A stretch of DNA of 64,000 nucleotides, from NCBI GenBank assembly GCA_965202585.1, contig OZ241828.1:40796001-40860000 (forward strand), in the 5' to 3' direction. The stretch is from Thalia democratica. Lineage: Eukaryota. The position numbers and the translations under genes are program-made. The notes below the pieces were generated by a model. The model was given only the letters and a program-made list of their open reading frames with translations. It searched no databases and was not told the DNA's origin. This document shows, in pieces, positions 13,251 to 25,300 of this stretch; position 1 is the first letter of the stretch, and each line of letters starts with the position of its first letter.

Positions 13251-14149
13251 CAAACCTCTTATTTTTTGTTATAGTTTTATGTTTTACTGTTGTTATATAA
13301 TTTAACAATAACTTAAATGTTTTTTGAAGGCTTATGTTTTTAAATATTCTTTTTCCATATTCTTTGTTATATAAATTACCAAGTAAAGTATTCATTAGGC
13401 TTGTATTTTTTGCAGTAAGCTAAAACCTAGACAAAAAAGTAATATCTAATTTTGTTAAGAGGACTTTTCAAACACATATCTTAAAAAACTTCTGCAACGA
13501 TATAAAAAGAAAAAAAGAATTTTTGTAACTAACTTTTTTGAAAATAGTTAATTGTACTTTACATAAATGTTGTTTTTTAAGTTCTACTTACATACTATTA
13601 GAACTTAGTTTTTTCGAACTAATTGTTCGAAAATTTTATTTTTATTTATACTGACATGAAATTGGTCTTAAATTTAGATATTGATAATAATATGTATTTT
13701 AATGAAGTCAAGAGGATAATTCAAAAAGCTTTAAAACTTTATCTATAGTTATTAACTTATATTTACTTAATTCAAACTACAGTAACCTCTTGGAAATATA
13801 TGCACTCATTTGGTTACTCATTCTCGTTTAGTTACGCATTTTAGAACTTTAAAATGACAATCCTAACATTTCAGCATGTAATTAGACTAGTTAAATATTA
13901 TTAATAAAGTTTTTATAACAAATATATTGTTTAAAACAATGATAGAAAATTAAATATTCAATTATTGTCAAAATACTACGTATTATTTCTCACTTATACA
14001 ATTTTTAGCTTTTAGACTAAAAAAATAATTAAACAACTTTAAATATTAGTTTTTTGTTTGAGATGTTACCCATTAAGCATTAAAGTTTTTACGACATATC
14101 CGTTTTAATCTAGAAAAAATATTTTATTACAATTTTCTTGTATCTAAAA

Positions 14150-15067
14150 TTAATCTACCTTTGCACAATATTGTGAGAAGCATTTTCTCGCGCAAGTTTC
14201 GTGATAAACAAGAGTTTCAGGTGTCACAACGAGGGAATCACCAAAACGAAATAAAACATTGCAAAACTGACAAGTTCTTTCTGCAGCATTCCGACATTTC
14301 TCCACGACACGAGAATAAACGATCCTGTCGTGTTTCTCAAAAACACCAAAGTCTGTTGCCGAACAAACAAAGTTTTGGAATCCGAGCTCTGACAAAAGTT
14401 CGTGGGCAACTTGGGGAAACTTTTCTGAGTCGTCTGTTAAGCTCATCAGATTTTTTAAAAGTCTCGAAGTTTTAATAAACAACTTTTTCATCACTAACAT
14501 GTAAAACAGTTTGTAGACTTCCTTAAAAAAATCATTGTCTGTAACACAACCTCCTAACTTTAAAATTGCTGTTTCGAATAAATAAGACACTAATTTATCT
14601 TCATTGATTTTTGTTTCTGAGCAATATTCAAAGTTAGTCGTATTTAAGTAGGCGGGAAATACTTTAAAAATGACCAAGCTACTAATCGTTTTCCTATCGA
14701 AATCGGGCAAAGTTGGCTGTAAAACATCAACTAGCTTGTCCATAACTATTCGGCTGTCGTCAGTTTTTAGTTCTCTGCTTATAATGCTAAACGACAAAGA
14801 GATGTTTTTCGGGACAAATCCATGAAAACTGTTTCTTTTTAAAAATAGAGTAAAATTTTTTAGATCTTCGGTTTCTTTTAAGTGTATCACATCAATGTTT
14901 GACGTAGAACTCAAACACAAACTCGGGTCCGAATCCGAAGTGAGAAATGATGAATTTGAACTGTTTAAAAGCGGGTTAAACTGACCAAAGTCACTGCTGT
15001 CAGCGAAACTTTTTCGCTTTTTGTGGACATTTTTTACTAATTTTATTGATCTTCTTATTTGTTTCAT
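14150..15067 (-). CDS. 305-aa uncharacterised protein with C-terminal degenerate RING (C-x2-C...H-x2-C)
   Basis: 918-bp uninterrupted ORF in very AT-rich DNA, raised GC/CpG; C-terminus CQFCNVLFRFGDSLVVTPETLVYHETCARKCFSQYC aligns to the RING-H2 pattern; could be the last exon of a larger gene. Confidence 0.7.
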   Translation of the reverse strand: MKQIRRSIKLVKNVHKKRKSFADSSDFGQFNPLLNSSNSSFLTSDSDPSLCLSSTSNIDVIHLKETEDLKNFTLFLKRNSFHGFVPKNISLSFSIISRELKTDDSRIVMDKLVDVLQPTLPDFDRKTISSLVIFKVFPAYLNTTNFEYCSETKINEDKLVSYLFETAILKLGGCVTDNDFFKEVYKLFYMLVMKKLFIKTSRLLKNLMSLTDDSEKFPQVAHELLSELGFQNFVCSATDFGVFEKHDRIVYSRVVEKCRNAAERTCQFCNVLFRFGDSLVVTPETLVYHETCARKCFSQYCAKVD

Positions 15068-18000
15068 ACTCTATAACGCTAAGAAAGTATGATATAAAAT
15101 ATAATTTTTATTTTATTTGAATATATTTATTAAGTATACACTAACGATTTTTTTGGAGATTTGTTTTAGCTTCAAAAACATTAAAAACAGTACGTTTTAA
15201 TTTGTTAAACTGAAAAAATGAAGTCCGTAAGTTTTGTTTTCATAGTAAAACATTAACATAAAATTAATCACAAATAAAAAAATTAAAAGTAAAATGTTGA
15301 CTTTGAAAAATAGTTTTAACTTTTTAAGTATCAATTTTTTCCCTCAACGAACTAATGAAGAAGCAAGTAAAAGTTTATAACCTTATAAAAAAAATGCTTT
15401 TATATTTTATCGATTTTTGTGTCAGATATTATGAAACAGTGTTAAAACCTGAATTATTATTAGCTAAAATAATTTCTGACAATAATATTACAATTAAATT
15501 TAAAAGTTGCCAACCTTAGTGTGATATGAATTTTCATTGACTTAAAGAAAAAAAAACAAGTTTTGATAGTGAATAATAGTTTTTAAACCTTCATTTTTGG
15601 TAGGAAACCAAAAATTTTAACTTAACTTCTTTTTTACATTATTAATATTAGTTATCAAAATTTATTTTATTTTTTTTCTTTCAAACAATACATAAATGAA
15701 AAATTACACATTGCTTTTTTTTGATATTTTTTAAAAATAACATAAATATTAGTATGTTAAGTATTAGTTGTCAACTTTTATTTTATAACATCAAAATAAT
15801 GTTTAAAAATTTGAATTACATTAATTAAAGTTTATGAACTGAACAAGTTTTAAAGGTTCTGTATTTACGTAATATCTTGAAAGATATGTAAATTAATATG
15901 TAGATTTTTCTATTCATAATAAACACGTATTAAAAAAAACACATTTTTAATACGTGTGTTTTAAATTTATTATTTTTTCAAATTTCGCTTTTTTTTTTCA
16001 TGAGTACATATCTTATTTACTAAATATAGTTACAAAGAATAAGATGCCATAGATTCAAATTAGTTTAGAAGCCTAACTAAGCTTCTCAAAGCAGCTTAGT
16101 TTGAACTTTTTTTAATTCTTAAGTTATTGTCATAAACTGTTTTAACATACTTTCTAGACAATAGTAAACAGCTATTAAAAAAAAAAATTATTATAAGGCA
16201 TGGATTGTGGTATACTAAATTTATTGGTACTACTCGTCATAATTAAATCCTACTTTACTTAATAACTCTTTTAAATATTATATTCTAATTAAGATTAATT
16301 TATATAAATCTGACGACAGTTTGTTAATGTATTTTCTATATAAAAGAACCACAAAAAAAAACTACAAAATCTCTATTTCAAAAATATAAATTACTTTTAA
16401 AACTTATATAAATCACTTAGCAAAAGTGCAACTTAATAATAAACCAAGTTATAGTTAGCAAACTTTAAACATTTAAAGAATTTTCAAATATTTAACTCTA
16501 TTTCAAAAGACTTAAAACAATGTAGTAAAGCTTAAATAAAAACTTTTACGGAGCAATAAACTCTATAAGGCTTAATAAACTATTAAAAATGTAAAGGTAG
16601 CTCAAATATTTAAGCAAAAAAAACAGCTTAAATATTAACTTACACTAGATACTCTTGAGTTTGTATTATGATGAGAAAAAAAGGTATTAAGCATTTTGCG
16701 AGAACTTTTAAAATTATACTAGACATTCCGGAAAATATTTTAAATTTAGACCAGATACTAAGGAAAAATTTAAAGTAACTGAAGGATTCGGATTCGCCTG
16801 GATCTTCATTTGAAAATAAGATCCACATCGGGAGATCACAAATAGCTAGTCAAAAATTATTAATCCTACGTCTTAAAATAAAACCTTCTAAAATGGAAAC
16901 ATGATGCAAACAGTTCAGGTTTTCTTCTTTGTTTGCATGAGCAGTCTCCATCTTCTCTAGAATACAAATTTTGCAGACTTTTTAACTAACAATAAAAGCT
17001 ATAATGGATCGACTGGTGAAATGTTTATGAAAAACGATACGCTCATATCAGTAAGATAAAAAAATGGAATTGTACTATTAAAATACTTTTTAAGTTTAAA
17101 TAAATAACATTCACTATTAATTAAGATGAAACATAAAACATAGATTAGGTGAAAAAATAATATCAAAAAAATTTTAATAAATTTTGTTCAAGACTAGATA
17201 ATGTTTGCAAACAAAACCTTAATAAAATACATGATCGTGTTCCCATTTTAAGAGGTTTTGTTTTAAGGCGTAGGGTTATTGATTTTTGACTGGCTACCAA
17301 ATTTTCTTATTTTTGACTTTTGTATTCGTGATTTATTTTTAACGTTAATGCTTTTTAATAAAATATAGCATTTTTTATATGTGTGCATTATAGAATAAGC
17401 CTATTTTTGTATAAATAAAAAACATTATCATTATGCATGAAAACTATTTTTATAGTTCTATACAAATATCAAAGTTTTAAATTTACTTATTTAATTCATT
17501 ACTTAAGATATATTTTTATATGTATTTAGCTTTGATATAAGAATTAACAACTGTACATAACAAATTAAAATAATTGAAGAACTGTATTGTTAACTGAATA
17601 TCTTCACTTGAGCAGTGAAACTTAGCCGTACTAAATAAATATAACTGAAAAACTGTATTGTAAATAATGTATGAAATATATACTTAGTTATTACTATTCA
17701 TTTATAGTTAATCTTAGCGTCTATTTGTTTATGTTAACTTCTTATTTAAATTACAGAGCTTTTAGCTCCTTTTGGTAGGAACATTATTGCTAAATAAGCT
17801 CTTTGAAAATTTGTTGTTTAAATACCTTATTAAAGTTTTCAAAACAAAATGACATATCTAGAATTTTAGATTTCCAATTTACAACTTGGTTGTAAAAACC
17901 TCATTTTGAAAAAATATGTTTTTTGAAAACAGTTTAAAGTAAATATATGACTATATTTTAAATAACTTCAATTAACTAAACATTACCTTTTGGAGGTCAT

Positions 18001-19195
18001 TATATAAATACTTTATCGATTAGAATAAATTTTAATAAAACGCTACAAGATAGCTTACTAGAAGTTGAAGTTCATAATAATAAATAATTCTACAACTTTT
18101 AAAAATAAATATCTCATCAAACTTTAGTTATTTAGGTTGGTATGGTGTAAACAAATAACACAGATCAGCGTCTATTTCTTTTTTAGATAATTAACAGGTT
18201 TTTAGCAGCAAAATAACTTTTGAATAGAAATCAGATTTGTTGGTTATCCACAAGAGATTTTTAAAAACTATCTTAATAAGAAAAAAAATCATACCTGACT
18301 TAAATAGCTGACATATAAACACTGTTATTTTATTTTATTAGTTTTAAATTTATAAACTTGTTTAATGATATTTTTCTAAAATTAACTAAATTTTTTGGTT
18401 TTTAATTTAGTAACTAAATTTTTACATGAAACTATATTATCCATCTACATTATACAATTTTCTGTTAAAGCATCTAGTACGCTTTCATATAACTTTCAAC
18501 TTTAAATTCTAAAGAACTTGCTTAAAGCAAAAATTGGTACAGTTTTAATTTTTTTGCTGAAATAACTTTATTTATAATCAAATCTACTTAAAAATTTTCT
18601 GTTATTTTCATATGCGGGTATATGAGTAAAGTTGAAGTAAGTATTTTTGGCATAACAGTCTTTAACACTGATCTAGTAAAATGTAATAAAACCTATTTGT
18701 AATATTTTTTTAGTTTTTACTGAAAAATGATCGATTTAATAAAAGATCAAAACATTTTTCTTCTGGAAAACATGTTCAGCAACGTGAATAAGTAATGTTT
18801 TAATTTAAGGTGAGAATTTACTTCAAAAATTTAAAACTTTTTATACTTCCTAATTATAATAAAATTATAACATTTTTTTAAATAAAATTAAAAATATTAT
18901 TCCTCAACTAAATTAATTTCACTAAATACTAATCACACATTTTTGATATGCTAAGAATAGTGGTTGATTAATAAAATTTACCTAATTTAATTACAAAAAG
19001 TAAAAAATGCTAATTATAAACAAACTAAAAAAAATGATACAAACTTTAGTCAACTGCTGCATGGACGTAAAAAAAAACATCAAACCAATGATTAGTAATA
19101 ATAAAGTACAGCTTTACTGTACTTAAAAATATACAACAACTACCTATACCTAGTTTTCAAAACATCGTCTAAGTTTGAAAAGTATAAAACGAAAA

Positions 19196-19305
19196 TTATT
19201 CTAAACAGGATTGTCCAGGTGGGAAAACCCCTTTTTCAGTGATAATTCCTCCAGTAATCAAGTGAGCAGGAGTAACATCGAACGCTGGATTCCAACAGCT
19301 TACGT
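19196..19305 (-). CDS. MRI1: MRI1 exon 6 (last)
   Basis: [36 protein letters not shown]; acceptor CGTTTAG. Confidence 0.9.
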
Positions 19306-22300
19306 CTAAACGATTTGTAATAATCAAAAAACATCGTTATATGTTTCACGCAAAGTGGTTACAATTAAAGCTATAAAAAGTTTTAGAGTAAACAAACAAA
19401 AAAGTAAATTTAACTGCAACAATTTAAAATTAACAGTTTAAGTTCGGAAGATATTTTTAACTAGCCAAAACTACAGTTTATAAATAAAAAATTATATTAA
19501 AAATTAACTTAAATACACATATATCATAAAACATTAATTCTACTTACAATACACCCTAGCTAAAATATGTGTGAAAATTTTTTATTATGTCTAACCAGTG
19601 CTTTTTTTGCTATACACTGCAAACTTTATTTGCACTAAAATTTTATTTTTCTATAGAGGAATTTATATTTACTGTTGTTAAATAACTTTTATTAGTTTTA
19701 AAATAATTACACTCAATAAAAAACTTCAACTAGAATCTTTGTTATAAAAACAGTTTTTGTTGCACTAAACTGAACATAAAACATAGTACAAAAGGGGCTT
19801 TTGGAAATCGAGCAAGAACAAATTAATATATATTTTAAACAAACATATTCATAATTTGTTGTTTTTATAGATGAGCTGACAACAGGAAAACTAATTATCA
19901 ACAAAACAAAAGTGCTGCTTACCTTTAGGCGCGATTCTCACACCAGCTACTAGCTTCAGCTCGTCGGAAGGCCTCAACTCTATCTTGATGGCGTCTCCGC
20001 TTTTCGCGTCGTTGTCATGGCTACTGAGGGGAGCGGCAACGTAGAAAGGCACATTGTGGTACTTGGCCAGGACTGCGATCTGGTACGTGCCTATTTTGTT
20101 GGCGGTGTCCCCGTTTCTCGCTACACGGTCTGCGCCCACCACTACAGCTGTCAGAATGGTTGTACTTTAGCATTAAAATATTTTTTGCGTTCACATAGTC
20201 AAAGAGTCATAATTACTTCTGTTTGAAACTTATCAAAGAATGCTGTTCGAAACATTTTCAACTTTATTTTACTAGTTTCTTTGAAACAATTTGCTTTTTT
20301 TACCAAAAACATATTTATCAAACATTTTCCTAATACAACCTAACTAATATTAAGAAATATTTATGTCAACTATAGTTACTAGGAAAAACATAAGTTAATT
20401 ACTTATGTGTGTTCTTTTTTTGAAAGTCTAAGAAGAAAATATAAATAGAACAAATATACATATATATATATATATATACATTTTCTCAAAGTTCTTTAAA
20501 TTAAGACTTCTCAAACCAAAACATTCATAATTAAAGTGATATTTCTTCCTTTAAAATGAAATGCATTTTTTATAATAAAATTTAGATAATACAAGAGCAA
20601 TTTCTTTCCAGAGGAAACCTAAATGTGCTAAATATTTTAAACTAAATCACTGAGCTCAATTGTTATACTAACTTACACAAGTTTACATTGAACGAAAATT
20701 TAAACAATTTTGTTGATAATCACTAAATTACATATTAATAATATTATGTAATAACATTATGTTTTGTTTAAAGCAATAGAAATACTAATAATAAAATTTA
20801 ACAAACTTCTAAAACATTAGAATATAATGAAAGCATACAAACTTAATTAATTAAACTCAAACAAAAAAGTTAAACAGCTCGTTATAGAACTCAGTTAAGT
20901 ATGTACTTAAAAACTATTGTTTATTGAGCGTTTAAAAAGTTTGGTCAAAGGACCTGATGTACAATAATACTTTTTGATTATCAAGTCATAGTCCAGGGAA
21001 ACAGTTTAATGAATTGTCCAGGAGAACTAAGTATAAAATTGTTTTCCTAATAAACAATATCAACCTGTTATCTTTTTTTCTTTCATTAATGCTGCTACCA
21101 TACTATCTGCAATCAAACATGAAGGAATTTCATCATGAACTAGCTCATAGGCGGTCAACCTAGAGCCCTGGTTGTAAGGCCTTGTTTCGGTGTGATAAGC
21201 AACTTGCAACACTTTTTTATTATTCAATGACCTAATTACTCCTAAACAATTTTTTATGTAAAGTTGTTTTAATTCATTTAATTTTAAGTTATTTTATAAA
21301 ACTTTGAAACTTTTTGATTAAAAAAAATCTGCATTTTTTTTTTAATCATTTATAAAAACTATAAAAAAGTAATTTATATAAGAGTACTCTTATTTTAGAA
21401 CAAAACTTGTTTTTAATATTTTTACTATCTTTATCCGCACGAAGATTAAAATTCAACTATTGGCTTTTTCTTTAATTTAATCAACTTATTCATATTTAGT
21501 TATCAATTATACAAACTCTTGTACACTGTAGTTAATTCAACAAAATTTTCATAAGTATAGTATTAAATACTTACTTTAGAGCTCATAAAACATTTTTAAC
21601 TTCTATTTAAGTAAAACCTTTCTTAAAGTAGTATAATACGTAGTGTAAAAATATTTAGAAAAATATTTAAAAAAAAAAAATTTCACACTAAAAAAATTTG
21701 AAACTTGGTTATACGTCTTATAACTAATAGGTTTCAAAAGCAATTTATCACAACCTAATGCCGTTCCAAAACCAGAAGTGGCAAGTGTTCCAGTATTACA
21801 ATGAGTAAGAATATTGATTTGAGATTTAGCAAAGTTATCTAATATATGGCACGCTCCGTGATTTCCAATGTTTTTATTTATTTGCAAGTCATCCGACAAC
21901 AACTTTTCACAATATTCAATGACCCTTTAAATAATATTTAGCAGATGGTCAATACTCATCTTTGTTACTTAGTTATCGTATCTAATATTTTTCTTATTCA
22001 ATTACTTTCTCAATCCTAACCAAACCTTAGTCCGAAAACCACAAAACTATCAATATTTTTTAAAACTACCTAGTAGATTTAATTTTGTTTTAAATTTATG
22101 GTTAGTGTAGAATACAGTATACATTAAAAAAAAGTTACAGAGAAAGTAGTTTTATCCAAACCAGTAAAAGTGTTAATATCTTTTCAGATTGCCAAGTTAA
22201 TAAATTGTTTAAATTTAAACTCAAGTTTTTATATCATCCCTAAACTCAGTACAGTACATATATAAAATATCCTCAAGTTTACCTCAAGGTTTTGTTACAA

Positions 22301-25300
22301 AACTAGAATTAAATATTTGTTAAAATTCATAGTATTTTCTCATATAACAGTTTTGTCAACTTTACAACACTAAATAATTTTACTCAGATTCAGTTACTTT
22401 GTGTATTGGTTTATTATAAAACAATGAATCTTCAATTACTCAAGCTAAAACGCTAAAAAAAACAACCAGTCAATTAATAGTAAAGCCAATTAAAAATGTA
22501 ATCAGTGTTTGCATAAATTTGTTGCAATTTTAAGAATTAAGTAAAAATTTAACATTTCAACTCATGTACTTTTAAAAACTAAACACAAAAAAATATAAAG
22601 CAATGTTATCAACTACTTACTTTTCAATAATGTCTTTTGCTGAGCTATTCTTTTGGACCTCACATATTTTACTCAACTCTGACGCTGATGTGTGCATATT
22701 CACTGCAGTTGGTCTTGCCTCAACAAGCTCAGTTGCCCAGCTTTTTATTTTTGAGATCAAATCGTCAGCAGTCATTTCACTAAAACTTTCATCCGACTGC
22801 AATTTGACTGCAACACTCAAGCAACCGACTATGGCTATGGCTGGTGCGCCTCTCACCTGTGAATTGTTATCTTGAAAAACTACAAAAGAAACGAACATTT
22901 TAAATTACATATAACTAATCGTATAAATATTAGAGCTTAACTAAAAAACCTGTTGTTATAAATTTCATTAGAAATAAGGTTTAAAGAAGCTTGTTAAGGA
23001 GTCTAAATTTTATAGTTTATTGAAAACTTAAGAAAAAACAATAAATATATAAAACAGAATAAAGTTTATTCAACTAAATCAATTTTTTATAGCCGGGTTG
23101 AAATAGCTTCCAAGTACTTTATTTCAAAATCCAAAAAAAAAGTACATATATTTTATGCAGCTTTTTGCCACAATCATCAGCTATGTCATTTGAAATAAAT
23201 AAATATATATATATAGTTTATTTTGAAAATTCGATTTAAAAAGAACAGTACATATGTTTCATAAAAACATTTGCTTTGTTTTTTTTTGTTTTAATGTTTA
23301 GCAAAGTGCAATTAAATTTGAACTACAGTTGATAATGAAAAAAAAAAATTAAAGACACTGTGACGTAATTATTAAATGTTGTAGAGGACAAAATTAATCT
23401 TTCTTGCAAACAAACAACTAAAACTTAAAAAACTGAAAATAAGTGACTGTAAAATTAAATACTTTAAAACTTAATAAATTTTAAGAGAATCTTTTTCATA
23501 TTCCGACAAGACGATATAAATTCACTTCTCTTGTTTAAGCAACCCTCTTTTTTCAACGCATACACAGCGGCCATTGACTCTTTTAAGCACAGCCTAACAA
23601 ACAGGGTTATTACCATCTGCTATAGGCTGTGTTCTTTTTATAACCTCCCAGGTTAATTTAAAATCAATGTTTTAGCGCTTTAGGTCACAAACGTACGTTG
23701 AAAGCTCAGTCTCATTTTCATATAGAACCTTTAATAGATTTTTTATGGTTAGCATACCGGAATCTGAACTGAGTTGAGCAAAACCGATGCAGAACTTTTT
23801 CTTAAGGTCAGAGTTAACTGTTGCCCTGTAAATAATGTCTTCCGAACGGCAATTACCCCTTTTCAAATTATATTTGCAGTCACCAGCGCAATTACATTGA
23901 TTCTGGATTAGATTACTTTTGTTTAATGTTTTTTGGTTATGTGACTTAATTAATCTCTCCAAACTAACCGTAAATGGATTATCTTTGTTTAAAATGCATT
24001 TTTACTAGATTTATAAATTCTCTGCACAGCCTATAGCAGATGATAACAACCCTGTTTATAGGCTGTGCTCTAAGAGTCAACGGCCGCTGTGTATGCGTTG
24101 AAAAAAGAGGGTTGCTTAAACAAGAGGAGTGAATTTATATCGTCTCGTCGGAATATTAAAAAGTTTCTCTTAAAATTTATTAAGTTTCAAAGTATTTAAT
24201 TTTACAGTCACTTATTTGTGTTTTTGTAAATTTTAGTTGTTTGTTTAGAAATCAGATTAATTTTTCCACTGAAAATTTGTCCTCTACAACATTTAATAAT
24301 TACGTCCTAGTGTCTTTTGTTTTGTTTTTTGTATAACCTTCGTATTAATGTTCTTTAATGTTTTAAATGCTTAATTTAATGAAATACTTAAAACTTATAA
24401 AATTACTCTTAAAAACAGACTGTTTATTTTATCTATTTAGTTTGTGTTCAAAACATGTTTTTTAAGTTTATTTTTGCAAATAGATTTACTTTAAAATAAT
24501 TTACAACTACAGATTTGTTTGTGAGAAAAAAGTTTAAGATCTCTACTTCGTAGGAGAACAAACATATTTTTATTGTCTCAAAAATTCATTAAAAAACTAA
24601 GTTTTGCTCAAAGAGCTTGTCAATGCACCTAACAAATAACTCTTATTTAAGTAGAACTTAAAAGCCCCTTTATAAAATTATTAAAATAAATCTAATTTAG
24701 TAGAAAAGAATGGAGACACATTTTTTTTTTAATTCACATACTTTTTTACTACATAGCTGTTTATCATTAACAATTAGTGCCTTATGCATTAAGTACGTAA
24801 AAAATTCAAAATACTTGCTTATTAAACTAAACATTTTCTTAGTCCATAATTTTTTATATAATTTTCGCATGGTTTTTCTCTATATCAAGTAGGAGATAAC
24901 ATATTTTAGTAAAAACGCTTAACAGAAAATAACCAGCATTTTCATCAAACATTGTTCATAAATATTTTTTCTGCAAAACTTTATAACACCAGGCCTTTTA
25001 AATATTTGGTTAATTTTTCTAGAAGTTTGATGTATGAAAATATCATCAACGGACCGCAGGTATTCAAAACAGTTGTATAAATATAAACAAAAATAATAGT
25101 TTAATTAAAAATATGTAATAATAAATCTATAAACCTTGTTAATTTAATTAGTTAAGATCCTAATTGTAAATTTTTGTCACAAAACTCTTTTTTTATTTTT
25201 CCTAGTTGAAAAGTACATTGCGAACCGCATACTCTTACTTTGACCCACGGGCTGCCATTTGCTGGCTCCTCTTTTTAAGAACAAATGATATTTTTAACTT

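Noticed and set aside
14161-14475. 104-aa plus-strand ORF
   Set aside because: Antisense shadow of the 305-aa ORF
24025-24066. SECIS-like or hammerhead-like hairpin (CAGATGA inside the CACAGCCTATA stem)
   Set aside because: Helix after ATGA is far too short for a SECIS, there is no GAAA core, and the sequence is PLE endonuclease coding region
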